From positions 840,001 to 872,000 of the forward strand of contig NC_004459.3 of NCBI RefSeq assembly GCF_000039765.1: DNA of 32,000 nt, given 5' to 3'. The notes under the pieces were generated by a model. That model saw only the letters and a program-made list of their open reading frames with translations. It had not been told where the DNA came from and ran no database searches. The stretch is from Vibrio vulnificus CMCP6 (GTDB taxonomy: Bacteria > Pseudomonadota > Gammaproteobacteria > Enterobacterales > Vibrionaceae). Both the position numbers and the translations under genes were made by a program. Each line of letters opens with the position of its first letter. Within the stretch, counting starts at the first letter, position 1. This document shows positions 1 to 8,269 of the stretch, in pieces.

Positions 1-291
1 GCTACGTGCGATCAAACGTTGAATTTCCATGGTACGACCGCCTTGCTTGCCATTGGCCGCTTCACGACGAGTACGTGAATGAGTTGCGCGTGGCAGCATG
101 CCATATTCCGCCGTCACCCAGCCTTTACCTTGGCCTTTTAGCCAACGAGGCACCGATTCTTCCACGGTCGCATTACACAGCACCTTGGTATTACCAAACT
201 CAACCAGCACGGAACCTTCCGCATAAGCCGTGTAGTTACGAGTAATTTTAATTGGGCGCACTTGGTCTGCCGCGCGATCATTTGGACGCAT
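1..291 (-). CDS. rph: Ribonuclease PH, N-terminal 97 codons (gene continues past the left edge)
   Basis: Absent from the ORF track because there is no stop codon in the window. The reverse complement from the ATG at 291-289 reads [97 protein letters not shown]. This is almost colinear with the E. coli RNase PH N-terminus, and the frame stays open to position 1. It is divergent from yicC, as in E. coli. Confidence 0.9.
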   Translation of the reverse strand, partial: MRPNDRAADQVRPIKITRNYTAYAEGSVLVEFGNTKVLCNATVEESVPRWLKGQGKGWVTAEYGMLPRATHSRTRREAANGKQGGRTMEIQRLIARS

Positions 292-483
292 GGATGAATA
301 CCTTTTCTGGGGATCGATTTGATTGGGGGTGAAGTATAGCGGAAACCACCGCAAGGCACTAGGGAAAGGCTCACGGTTTTTAGCTCACAGTTTTAGCAAC
401 AATGCTTCACGCCTAGCCGCAACGCCATTCTGTGCTACTATTGCCAAGCGTTATTTTCAAAGATGATAAAACAGGAAAATTCG

Positions 484-1350
484 ATGATTTACAGCATGAC
501 CGCATACGCGCGCAAAGAGATCAAAGCCGATTGGGGCAGCGCGGTATGGGAAATCCGCAGTGTTAACCAACGCTACCTAGAAACTTACTTCCGTATGCCA
601 GAGCAGTTCCGTGGTCTAGAACCCGTGCTGCGTGAGCGTTTCCGCCAGCGCCTTGCTCGCGGCAAAGTCGAGTGCAGCCTAAGATTTGAAGCCAACCCAG
701 CGGCGCGCAGCGAACTGACGATCAATGAGACCTTAGCGAGCCAAGTAATTGGTGCCGCAAAGCAAATCATGCAGCTCACTGGTGAAGATAGCCGCATCAA
801 CCCATTCCAAGTGATGCAGTGGCCTGGTGTGATGGAAACGCCAGAGCAAGATATGGACGCCATTAATCAGCAATTGTTGGCCGCTTTTGACCAAGCACTT
901 AACGAGTTTATCGAAGCGCGCGGCCGTGAAGGCGACAACATGAAAGCCTTGATTGAGCAGCGCCTAACAGCCATCACCGCGGAAGTGGTGAAAGTACGCG
1001 CCCGCATGCCAGAAATCATTGAGTGGCAGCGTGAGCGTCTGTTCTCGAAATTCGAAGAAGCCAAGGTGGAACTGGATGCTTCTCGCGTAGAGCAAGAGCT
1101 GATCATTTTGGCGCAGAAATCGGATGTGGCAGAAGAGCTGGATCGCCTCGATTCTCACGTTAAAGAAACCACCAACATTTTGAAAAAAGGCGGCGCCGTT
1201 GGCCGTCGTTTGGATTTCATGATGCAAGAGTTCAACCGTGAATCCAACACACTCGCTTCAAAATCGATCGCCACTGACATCACCGCTTCAGGTGTTGAGC
1301 TTAAAGTGCTGATTGAACAAATGCGTGAGCAGATCCAAAATATCGAGTAA
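484..1350 (+). CDS. yicC: YicC-family stress-induced protein / endoribonuclease
   Basis: The ORF 463..1350 is colinear with E. coli YicC from MIYSMTAYARKE to the identical C-terminus LKVLIEQMREQIQNIE. The internal ATG at 484 matches the E. coli N-terminus (MIRSMTAYAR) and has AGGAA 6-7 nt upstream, so the 463 start is probably an over-extension. Confidence 0.9.
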   Translation: MIYSMTAYARKEIKADWGSAVWEIRSVNQRYLETYFRMPEQFRGLEPVLRERFRQRLARGKVECSLRFEANPAARSELTINETLASQVIGAAKQIMQLTGEDSRINPFQVMQWPGVMETPEQDMDAINQQLLAAFDQALNEFIEARGREGDNMKALIEQRLTAITAEVVKVRARMPEIIEWQRERLFSKFEEAKVELDASRVEQELIILAQKSDVAEELDRLDSHVKETTNILKKGGAVGRRLDFMMQEFNRESNTLASKSIATDITASGVELKVLIEQMREQIQNIE

Positions 1351-1374
1351 CTTCTGACTCAATAACGATTTGAT

Positions 1375-1404
1375 AAAGCCCCGAGATTCGGGGCTTTGTT
1401 TTGG
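1375..1404. terminator. Bidirectional rho-independent terminator between convergent yicC and the EamA gene
   Basis: A 9-bp stem AAAGCCCCG / CGGGGCTTT (1375-1383 pairs with 1389-1397) has a 5-nt loop. It is followed by GTTTT on the plus strand and preceded by an A/T run that serves the minus strand. Confidence 0.85.
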
Positions 1405-1417
1405 GTAACGTTCTCGT

Positions 1418-2389
1418 CTAAACGTTCAGCTCCTTCATACATCGCTCGCACAGCACTGGCTTTGACTTAATGCGCTTGCGGCCAAAACGAGCCCAAAACT
1501 GAGGTTCTGCTTTGGTCACAAAAATCCCACCGAGTAGTGGCAACAACAAAACCACCGAGGTCGAGGAAATACTGTTGCCTGACATCCAAGTAGAAAGACT
1601 CAGTGCGATCAACGGGAAAAACAAGAAACAAATCGAAGCGGTAAAGGGCGTTGAAACCTGGCCCAGTTTGAAATAGGCCACAATGCCACCCACGCTGGCA
1701 AAGACCCCCAAGTAAATGACAGATAACATCGACACTTGAGAGAAGACTGAAAACGCCGGCTTTTCAATTATCCAAGATGCCGTCAACAACAGCATGGATG
1801 CCATCAAACTCGGCAGCGCGTTGTACGTCAACACTGGAATGTCTTGGCAATACTTCTGCACGCACACATACATCACGGCATGAATGGCAACTGCGCCACC
1901 AAGCGCAAGAAAACCAAGTAGATAGTCGTCTCCGCCCAGACTCATCTCTTTCGCCAAAATCAGGACCAAACTGAGTACGGCGATCAACAGCCCAGCCGTT
2001 TGCAAACGACGCAACGTCAATCCGAGAAACCATCTCGACGTGATCATCACCGCGATAGGCATGGTGGCAAAAATAATCGAAGCCAAACCTGACGAAATAT
2101 ACTGTTCACCAAAAATCATCAAGGTAAACGGGATCGCAAAATAAAAAATCGCGACGATGAACATCCAATGCATTTTTCCTTTTGGAAAAAAGAGTGGCTG
2201 TCTAAGACGTTGCCCGAGTATGAGCAGCAGAGGGGCGGCAATCAAAAATCGTAGCCCAGTAGCGAAAATAGGCGGAATAGTTTGCACGGCAATCTCCATG
2301 GCAAACCATGTGGTTCCCCAAATTAAACATACCGAGAGAAACAACAACGCAGGTAGAGACTCAGCAAAAGTAAATCGATGAGTTTTCAT
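1418..2389 (-). CDS. EamA/DMT-superfamily (drug/metabolite) inner-membrane transporter
   Basis: The protein is about 10-TM and hydrophobic, with the two-EamA-domain layout (FAESLPALLFLSVCLIWGTTWFAMEIAV...). The likely start is the internal ATG at 2389 (MKTHRFTF...). The track start at 2467 adds 26 non-hydrophobic residues with no supporting evidence. Confidence 0.7.
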   Translation of the reverse strand: MKTHRFTFAESLPALLFLSVCLIWGTTWFAMEIAVQTIPPIFATGLRFLIAAPLLLILGQRLRQPLFFPKGKMHWMFIVAIFYFAIPFTLMIFGEQYISSGLASIIFATMPIAVMITSRWFLGLTLRRLQTAGLLIAVLSLVLILAKEMSLGGDDYLLGFLALGGAVAIHAVMYVCVQKYCQDIPVLTYNALPSLMASMLLLTASWIIEKPAFSVFSQVSMLSVIYLGVFASVGGIVAYFKLGQVSTPFTASICFLFFPLIALSLSTWMSGNSISSTSVVLLLPLLGGIFVTKAEPQFWARFGRKRIKSKPVLCERCMKELNV

Positions 2390-2503
2390 TTTTGAATTCC
2401 TATCACTAGGTGGTGCAAATAGTAATCTATTCACACGCATGACTAATTCACACGGCATAGCGTGCAATAAGGTTTTGGGCAGTAAACCACTGCGAGATAG
2501 GAA

Positions 2504-2884
2504 TTACGCTATTGGGGGACGATAGTGGGTACGCATCTCTGCGCTGGTGTAAATGACAATCGGGCTTGCAATCCATTCATTACGATATGGCGCTTCGTCA
2601 GTATATTGCTGGCTTTCAATCACCGCAGCCCCCATCGAATGTCCATAATGGGTACAACATTGGTTTTGATAGCAGCGACCACCGGGCTCACAACAGCCTG
2701 GCTCGTCCTTTTCTACCGCTTCCAACGACCAATCACAGTAGCTCACATTCGTGATGTCGTTGCTCATCTTATGATGAAGGTTTGATGGTGGCTCCGTCTG
2801 CGCACGTGCAAACCCGCTTGATAGCAACAATGCCATCAAGAGACTCAACAGAAGCAACAGGTTCGCGGTGCCTTTACGCAGCAT
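2504..2884 (-). CDS. Small secreted Cys/His-rich protein of unknown function
   Basis: There is a clear Sec signal peptide (MLRKGTANLLLLLSLLMALLLSSGFARA, then QTEPP). The mature part of about 98 aa has 6 Cys, five of them in CCEPGGRCYQNQCCTHYGH. The ATG at 2884 has a GAGAGAG purine run upstream, and a GTG at 2887 is an alternative start. I recognise no family. Confidence 0.6.
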   Translation of the reverse strand: MLRKGTANLLLLLSLLMALLLSSGFARAQTEPPSNLHHKMSNDITNVSYCDWSLEAVEKDEPGCCEPGGRCYQNQCCTHYGHSMGAAVIESQQYTDEAPYRNEWIASPIVIYTSAEMRTHYRPPIA

Positions 2885-2912
2885 CACACTCTCTCATTCA
2901 GCGGTGAAACGG

Positions 2913-2950
2913 GTCACTGTGACGATACTCATCCAAGGAGTAAGAGACAA
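2913..2950 (-). promoter_or_regulatory. Candidate sigma70 promoter for the Cys-rich gene, with a palindrome at the predicted +1
   Basis: On the minus strand, TTGTCT (2950-2945), a 17-nt spacer and TATCGT (2927-2922) form the candidate promoter. The 5+1+5 palindrome GTCAC-T-GTGAC (2913-2923) overlaps the -10 and +1 region. Confidence 0.3.
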
Positions 2951-3010
2951 GCGGCCTTGAGATGACTTTACACTTTTTTAACCTAGTCACTCCCACCATC
3001 CATTCGGAGT

Positions 3011-3035
3011 GAAATAAACCCGCACGATGGCGGGG
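3011..3035 (-). terminator. Putative terminator downstream of psiE
   Basis: On the minus strand a CCCGC / GCGGG stem (3019-3023 with 3030-3034) with a 6-nt loop is followed by TTTATTTC. The stem is short, so confidence is moderate. Confidence 0.55.
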
Positions 3036-3041
3036 CAATAA

Positions 3042-3476
3042 TCATTCGTCTTTTTCTGCTGTGTGATTATCCACATACGGCCAGTAGTGGTGACCCACAC
3101 GTATCAGCAACGTGGCAGCCGCCAAAACAAACGCAGCAACAGAGAGCCAAACCACAAGGGTCGCATCGAGTTCTTTCATCCCTAACGTGATGTAACGTGC
3201 AATCGCCATCATCGCTATATAAATCGGATAGCGGACTGGAATCTTACCGTTCATCACAAACTGCTGCACCATCGCCAGCACTTCGAGATAAATAAACATC
3301 AAAAGGATGTCGGTGAGTAGCACCCGTTTTTCCACAAACACATGAATGAATTCTTGCACCATGGCATAAAGCGTGGCCAGCGTAATGGCAACCAGCAAGA
3401 CCGCTTCCAAGATATGAAAGATTTTTAAGAATGGGCGACTGAATGATTTAGGTAGATGTGACGGCACTTGTAACAT
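3042..3476 (-). CDS. psiE: Phosphate-starvation-inducible protein PsiE (inner-membrane)
   Basis: This is a 4-TM protein with the PsiE-type core ...FIYLEVLAMVQQFVMNGKIPVRYPIYIAMMAIARYITLG..., comparable to E. coli PsiE (YFLYFEFIALIVKYF...FPLRYFVYIGITAIVR). The start is either the ATG at 3476 or the TTG at 3485. Confidence 0.8.
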   Translation of the reverse strand: MLQVPSHLPKSFSRPFLKIFHILEAVLLVAITLATLYAMVQEFIHVFVEKRVLLTDILLMFIYLEVLAMVQQFVMNGKIPVRYPIYIAMMAIARYITLGMKELDATLVVWLSVAAFVLAAATLLIRVGHHYWPYVDNHTAEKDE

Positions 3477-3551
3477 TCCAAGCAAAACAATGAATTAAGC
3501 TGGCAGTGTAACATGCGGTATTGGCTAAGCAGAAGAGAGCGTCTCTTTCGG

Positions 3552-3589
3552 CTCAGCCAAACACGACAAAAGCCGTGGGTTTGGCTGAG
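3552..3589 (-). other. Strong stem-loop between the ABC operon and psiE (possible weak terminator or RNA-stability element)
   Basis: A perfect 11-bp inverted repeat CTCAGCCAAAC / GTTTGGCTGAG (3552-3562 and 3579-3589) encloses a 16-nt loop. There is no clear U-tract on either strand. Confidence 0.45.
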
Positions 3590-3610
3590 TTGGATCGGAT
3601 GTAAGCGTCG

Positions 3611-4450
3611 TTACGCCACATCTTGTTGCTGCTCGGCTTTGCGTTTGTGTTTGCGATATTTGGGATGGGTAATTGGAATCGCAGACAAGAGTTTTTTGGT
3701 GTAATCGTTTTGTGGATTGGCGTACACCTCTTTGGCGCTGCCCTCTTCCACCACTTTACCAAAGTACATCACTGCCACTTTGTCGGAGACGTGTTTCACC
3801 ACCGACAGATCGTGCGAAATAAAAATGATCGCCAAATTCATCTCTTGCTGAAGCTGCAGCAATAAATTGAGGATCTGTGCTTGCACGGACACATCCAACG
3901 CAGAGACCGACTCATCACAAATGAGCAATTTAGGCTTTAACGCAATCGCGCGTGCAATACCAATACGCTGACGTTGACCACCAGAAAATTCGTGTGGATA
4001 GCGATTGACAGCCTCAACAGGCAAGCCCACTTTCACCAATAACTCTTTCACCCACGTTTTACGCTCCTCCGGAGTGCCTATTTTGTGGATGATGTAAGGT
4101 TCTTCCAAAATCATGCCAATGGTGTGACGCTGATTGAGTGATTCCATTGGGTCTTGAAAAACAATTTGCATCTCTTTGCGCAGTGGGCGCATCTCTTTGG
4201 GAGAAAGCTTGGTGATATCGCGCCCTTCAAAGAAAATTCGCCCTTCCGTTGGTTCATACAGTTTAAGCAGCGTGCGCCCTAAGGTGCTTTTGCCACAACC
4301 CGACTCGCCAACCAAACCTAAGGTTTCCCCTTGGTTGACCGATAAACTGACGCCATCCACCGCTTTGACAGTATAGCCTTTACGAAACAAGCCTTTGCCA
4401 GAGACAAAATGTTGCTTGAGATTTTCAATCCTTAATACTTCTTTACTCAT
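3611..4450 (-). CDS. PepT-family ABC transporter ATP-binding protein (OppF/DppF-like)
   Basis: The protein has Walker A GESGCGKST, signature FSGGQRQR and Walker B LLICDESVSALD. The internal ATG at 4450 (MSKEVLRIENL) has AAGGA 7 nt upstream and sits 10 nt after the upstream gene's stop. The track start at 4531 would overlap that gene by 71 nt. Confidence 0.9.
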   Translation of the reverse strand: MSKEVLRIENLKQHFVSGKGLFRKGYTVKAVDGVSLSVNQGETLGLVGESGCGKSTLGRTLLKLYEPTEGRIFFEGRDITKLSPKEMRPLRKEMQIVFQDPMESLNQRHTIGMILEEPYIIHKIGTPEERKTWVKELLVKVGLPVEAVNRYPHEFSGGQRQRIGIARAIALKPKLLICDESVSALDVSVQAQILNLLLQLQQEMNLAIIFISHDLSVVKHVSDKVAVMYFGKVVEEGSAKEVYANPQNDYTKKLLSAIPITHPKYRKHKRKAEQQQDVA

Positions 4451-4460
4451 CCTGAATTCC

Positions 4461-5330
4461 TTAGCTCCTCTGACTGACTTCAAACATGCTGCTATCCATC
4501 GGCTTAATGTCGATGAGCTGCTTAGGCTCACTGTCCAAGCTTGGCATTAAGCCCATCAACCGCTCAGTGTAAGGGTGCTTAGGATGATCAAACAGTTCAA
4601 AAATCTCTGCGTACTCAACAATCCGACCACCGTACATGACCGCGACGTCATCGCACACTTCCGCCACCACACCCAGATCGTGCGTAATGAAAATCATCGC
4701 CATACCCGTTTCTTGTTGTAACTCGTTCATCAGTTCCAAAATGGATGCCTGAACGGTCACGTCCAACGCGGTGGTTGGCTCGTCACAGATCAAGATATCC
4801 GGCTTGCACGCCAGTGCCATCGCAATCATCACTCGCTGACGCATCCCACCAGATAGGTTGTGCGGGTACTCATTGAGGCGCTTCTCTGGCAGTGGAATTT
4901 TCACTTTTTTCAGCATCTCAAGCGCGTACTCGTTGCGAGCGCGTTTATCCAAATCCGGGCGGTGCAACTCTAAGACTTCGTTAATCTGGCGACCAACGGT
5001 GTGAACTGGATTAAGCGCCGTCATTGGATCTTGAAAAATGATGGAGATTCGATCACCACGCATCGCGTACATCTGCTCAGCAGGCAGCGTCACCAAATCG
5101 GTGCCGCGATAGAGAATTTGTCCATTCACAATCTGACCATAAGGCTTGGGCAACAACCCCATGATCGACATGGAAGTGACACTTTTGCCACTGCCAGACT
5201 CACCAACCAGTCCCAAAGTGCGTCCTGCGCGAACGTCAAAGTTGACGCCGTGCAATACCTTGACTGGGCCATCATCGGTGGTGAAAGAGACCTCAAGATC
5301 TCTGACACTCAGAATCACATCATCCTGCAT
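4461..5330 (-). CDS. PepT-family ABC transporter ATP-binding protein (OppD/DppD-like)
   Basis: The protein has Walker A GESGSGKS, signature LSGGMRQR and Walker B ILICDEPTTALD. The ATG at 5330 (MQDDVILSVRDL) has GAGGGA 6 nt upstream. The alternative ATG at 5360 forms an ATGA overlap with the binding-protein stop codon. Confidence 0.88.
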   Translation of the reverse strand: MQDDVILSVRDLEVSFTTDDGPVKVLHGVNFDVRAGRTLGLVGESGSGKSVTSMSIMGLLPKPYGQIVNGQILYRGTDLVTLPAEQMYAMRGDRISIIFQDPMTALNPVHTVGRQINEVLELHRPDLDKRARNEYALEMLKKVKIPLPEKRLNEYPHNLSGGMRQRVMIAMALACKPDILICDEPTTALDVTVQASILELMNELQQETGMAMIFITHDLGVVAEVCDDVAVMYGGRIVEYAEIFELFDHPKHPYTERLMGLMPSLDSEPKQLIDIKPMDSSMFEVSQRS

Positions 5331-5356
5331 CGTGCTTCCCTCTTTTGGCCAACTTA

Positions 5357-7186
5357 TCATTTATAGGTGTCATCAATGACCGTCACAGGAGCAAACGCCT
5401 TCCCTGCTTTAATGGCTTTTTCAGTTTCTTTCTTCGCGTCTTTATCGATCCAGAATGTCCCTAAACCAATCGCACCACCACTGGTAAATAAGACTTCCGA
5501 TTTTTTGGTCATCGCCTTTTGTGGGTACTTCAACCAGCGCCAGTAACCCACACGGGTATACGGTACCATGTAGCCTGGAACAATCAGGTTCGCATCGCTA
5601 ATAATTTGCTGAATTTGATGGGAATAGCTGTACTTCTTCTCCAAATCAAATTCGTTTTTGTACGCCATGATTAACTTGTCCAGTTCAGGCGTGCTGAAAT
5701 TGGTGTGGTTATTGGTTTGTGGGCGATTCGCATTGGCCGAATGGAAGTACTCCCAATAAGCTGGCACATCGGAAGTACCCATATCTAAGAACGCCAGTTC
5801 ATGCTTTTTCTCGAGGATGAATTTAAACGCAGAGGAACCATCCACCAGTTTTAGTTCAAACTCCAATCCTGCTTTCTTCGCTTGCTCTTTCAAATACGCG
5901 ATACGTGGCGTGTGGTGAGCATAACCATAGGTGATGGCGAAACTGAGACGCTGCCCTTTATCGTTGACCCGCACCCCATCGGCACCAATTTGGTTAAAGC
6001 CCGCCGCTTCAAAGTAACGAATGGCTAATTCCGGATCAAACTTAGGCGGCACTGGGTTAGGCAAGTCGTATTTACCATGGCCAGAACCGAGCGCGTGAGG
6101 CTTACGTGAGTAGTCACCACGGGTGATCTTATCGATCATGCCATCGTAATCTGTAGCATGCATGATCCCTTTACGCACATTGAGATCATCCAGCAGAGGC
6201 GTGGCAACGTTCATCCACAGTCCACCCGCGCCTTGCGGGGTTTGGTTGTAACCCCAGAACTTCTCGATGTAGCCTTTTTGGTACGGTTCTGTGTTGGATT
6301 TGTCGTGCCACAAATCGGGTAGGATTAGGCCAAAAGTATCCAAATCGCCTTTTTCGAAATGCTTCATCGCGATGTCGTTATCGCGGATCACCGTGATACG
6401 GATTTTCTCCACATTGTAACGGTGTTGATAATACTTGTTGCTATACCCCCACCAATCTTGACCAACGTGTTTGAAGGTGACGCTTTTGCCCTTCTTAATG
6501 TCATCAAGGTAATAAGCGTTGGTGGTTGGCTCAGCTTTGAAGTTGTATTTGCGCACGAAGTTATCGTCGATGCCGTCGCCATTTTCATCTTTCGCTGGCT
6601 TGGCATAAAAGTGCGCAGGTCGCGGACGAAGCGCGCCTAAGGTATAGAGAAGATCTTCTTGGTTTTTCTCAACTTTGCTCACCGCCGCGAAGGTGTGCTG
6701 ATCAATTTTCTGCACATCGTCAATCACATTGGTGTAGTACTCGTTATACCAAGGTGCTACCAAATCTTTTGAGCGGTAAAACTTGAGCATAAAAACGAAG
6801 TCATCGGCAGTCACGGGTTTGCCGTCCGACCATTTGGCATTGGGGTTTAATTTGAAATAAACCGTGCGGTTATCCCTAGCGAAGGCCCATTCATTGGCTA
6901 AGGCCGGGATCCACTCCAACGTGTCTGGATGTTGGTCTACCAGCGCAGGTGTCTCATCGAGGAAAAACGAACGCAACCCTGAGTTAGAATCAGGCCCAAC
7001 ACTGCGTAAAGTTTGTGGAAAGCTTTGAATGAAAGTACGGAATGTCCCGCCAAATTTGGCATCTGAAGAAGCAAACAACGGCTCATCCCAGTTGGTCTGC
7101 CAGTTCACATCCGCAGGTAAAGTGGTGGCGTAAACACCAGCACTCATCAGCGATAACGCTGTGGTTAGTAACGTTTTTTTCATCAT
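5357..7186 (-). CDS. Periplasmic substrate-binding protein, solute-binding family 5 (YejA-like, 609 aa)
   Basis: It has a signal peptide (MMKKTLLTTALSLMSAGVYA). Its size and sequence style resemble the large YejA/OppA-type binding proteins. It sits between the permease and ATPase genes of one operon. Confidence 0.85.
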   Translation of the reverse strand: MMKKTLLTTALSLMSAGVYATTLPADVNWQTNWDEPLFASSDAKFGGTFRTFIQSFPQTLRSVGPDSNSGLRSFFLDETPALVDQHPDTLEWIPALANEWAFARDNRTVYFKLNPNAKWSDGKPVTADDFVFMLKFYRSKDLVAPWYNEYYTNVIDDVQKIDQHTFAAVSKVEKNQEDLLYTLGALRPRPAHFYAKPAKDENGDGIDDNFVRKYNFKAEPTTNAYYLDDIKKGKSVTFKHVGQDWWGYSNKYYQHRYNVEKIRITVIRDNDIAMKHFEKGDLDTFGLILPDLWHDKSNTEPYQKGYIEKFWGYNQTPQGAGGLWMNVATPLLDDLNVRKGIMHATDYDGMIDKITRGDYSRKPHALGSGHGKYDLPNPVPPKFDPELAIRYFEAAGFNQIGADGVRVNDKGQRLSFAITYGYAHHTPRIAYLKEQAKKAGLEFELKLVDGSSAFKFILEKKHELAFLDMGTSDVPAYWEYFHSANANRPQTNNHTNFSTPELDKLIMAYKNEFDLEKKYSYSHQIQQIISDANLIVPGYMVPYTRVGYWRWLKYPQKAMTKKSEVLFTSGGAIGLGTFWIDKDAKKETEKAIKAGKAFAPVTVIDDTYK

Positions 7187-7224
7187 TATGTCCCTATATT
7201 ATCCGTTCCAACAGTATTGACCAT

Positions 7225-8268
7225 CTAAACGTAACGGGTGAATTTTTTCGGATCAAAGGCTGCACGAATGGCTTCACCAATAAAGGTCACCATCACCAAC
7301 ACAGCAACGATAGAGCTCACCACTGAGGCCACAATCCAAGGCGAATCCAAGTTTGATTTCCCTTGCTGTAGCAGTTCACCCCAACTTGGCGTTGGCGGCA
7401 TCAATCCTAGTCCTAAGTAATCCAACGCCGTTAATGCCGTAATATTGCCAGCGATGGTAAACGGCGCTAGCGTCACGATCATCACCATGGTATTTGGCAA
7501 GATATGCTGGAAGAGAATCCGCGAAGTTGAAGCACCAAGCGCTTTGGCCGCCAGTACATATTCGCGCGCTGACTCTTTATAGGTCATGGTACGCATGTAC
7601 CACGTCATGCCCATCCAACCAAATAGAACGTTGATGCCAACAAAGAGCGCGAAAGTCGGTTGCACAATCGAGACCAAAATCATGATGACGTACAAAAACG
7701 GCACCATCGACCAGATCTCAATCAGTCGCTGGACAAACAGGTCAAATTTGCCGCCCCAATAGCCCATCGCACAGCCCACCGCAGTACCAATTGTATAAGA
7801 GATGGCCATCGTCAGCAGTGCGAACCCCATCGCGGTCCGAAAACCGTACACCAGTCGCGCGAGAATATCGCGACCAATCACATCGGTACCGAGATAGTGT
7901 TTTGATTCTGCACTGGGCGCTGTCGGCGGAAAATCGCCCGAAAAGTCCTGTTCGTAGGGGTTCCATGGCACAATCGGCATGATCACGAAGTTGCCGGACT
8001 CTTCCGCTGCAAACTGTTTTTGCAACTGGCGATAGTTGGCTTCACCCGCAGACTCTTGCCCAAACTCACTGCCACTTCTCACATCACTGATGACGGGAAA
8101 GTAATAGTGGCCATCGTATTTCACCATCAAGGCTTTGCTGTTGATCAGCAATTCAGCGAACAGCGATAACACCAACATTGCAGAAAGAAGAATGAAAGAC
8201 CAATAGCCACGCTTGATCGCCTTGAAGCTTCTTATTTTCTTTTGAGTTAACGGACTCACTTTGATCAT
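7225..8268 (-). CDS. ABC transporter permease (YejE/DppC-like)
   Basis: This is a multi-TM protein with the binding-protein-dependent transport signature region (...AKALGASTSRILFQHILPN...). The ATG at 8268 has GGAG 8 nt upstream and lies 1 nt after the upstream permease's TAA stop. The TTG at 8280 in the ORF track is less likely. Confidence 0.88.
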   Translation of the reverse strand: MIKVSPLTQKKIRSFKAIKRGYWSFILLSAMLVLSLFAELLINSKALMVKYDGHYYFPVISDVRSGSEFGQESAGEANYRQLQKQFAAEESGNFVIMPIVPWNPYEQDFSGDFPPTAPSAESKHYLGTDVIGRDILARLVYGFRTAMGFALLTMAISYTIGTAVGCAMGYWGGKFDLFVQRLIEIWSMVPFLYVIMILVSIVQPTFALFVGINVLFGWMGMTWYMRTMTYKESAREYVLAAKALGASTSRILFQHILPNTMVMIVTLAPFTIAGNITALTALDYLGLGLMPPTPSWGELLQQGKSNLDSPWIVASVVSSIVAVLVMVTFIGEAIRAAFDPKKFTRYV

Positions 8269-8269
8269 A

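Noticed and set aside
6-374. ORF-track entries 6..245 (+) and 138..374 (-) at the left edge
   Set aside because: Both lie over the rph reading frame (minus strand, 291 to 1), whose translation is nearly identical to the E. coli RNase PH N-terminus. The two listed ORFs have no recognisable features and are frame shadows.
2918-2933. CRP-like TGTGA-N6-TCATC near the Cys-rich gene start
   Set aside because: Only the left half-site is good, with 3 of 5 matches in the right half. It lies within or downstream of the candidate -10, an unusual position for an activator. The overlapping GTCAC-T-GTGAC palindrome is the more notable feature.
3477-3610. Pho box upstream of psiE
   Set aside because: psiE is PhoB-regulated in E. 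coli, so I looked for paired CTGTCAT-type 11-bp repeats on the minus strand. I found none convincing. This proves nothing either way without a matrix scan.
4451-4531. An apparent 71-nt overlap between the two ABC ATPase ORFs (possible overlapping or programmed-frameshift genes)
   Set aside because: The overlap disappears when the downstream gene starts at the ATG at 4450. That start has a good Shine-Dalgarno sequence and gives a normal N-terminus (MSKEVLRIENL). The extra 27 residues of the long form are Ser/Cys/Arg-rich and unlike ABC ATPase N-termini.
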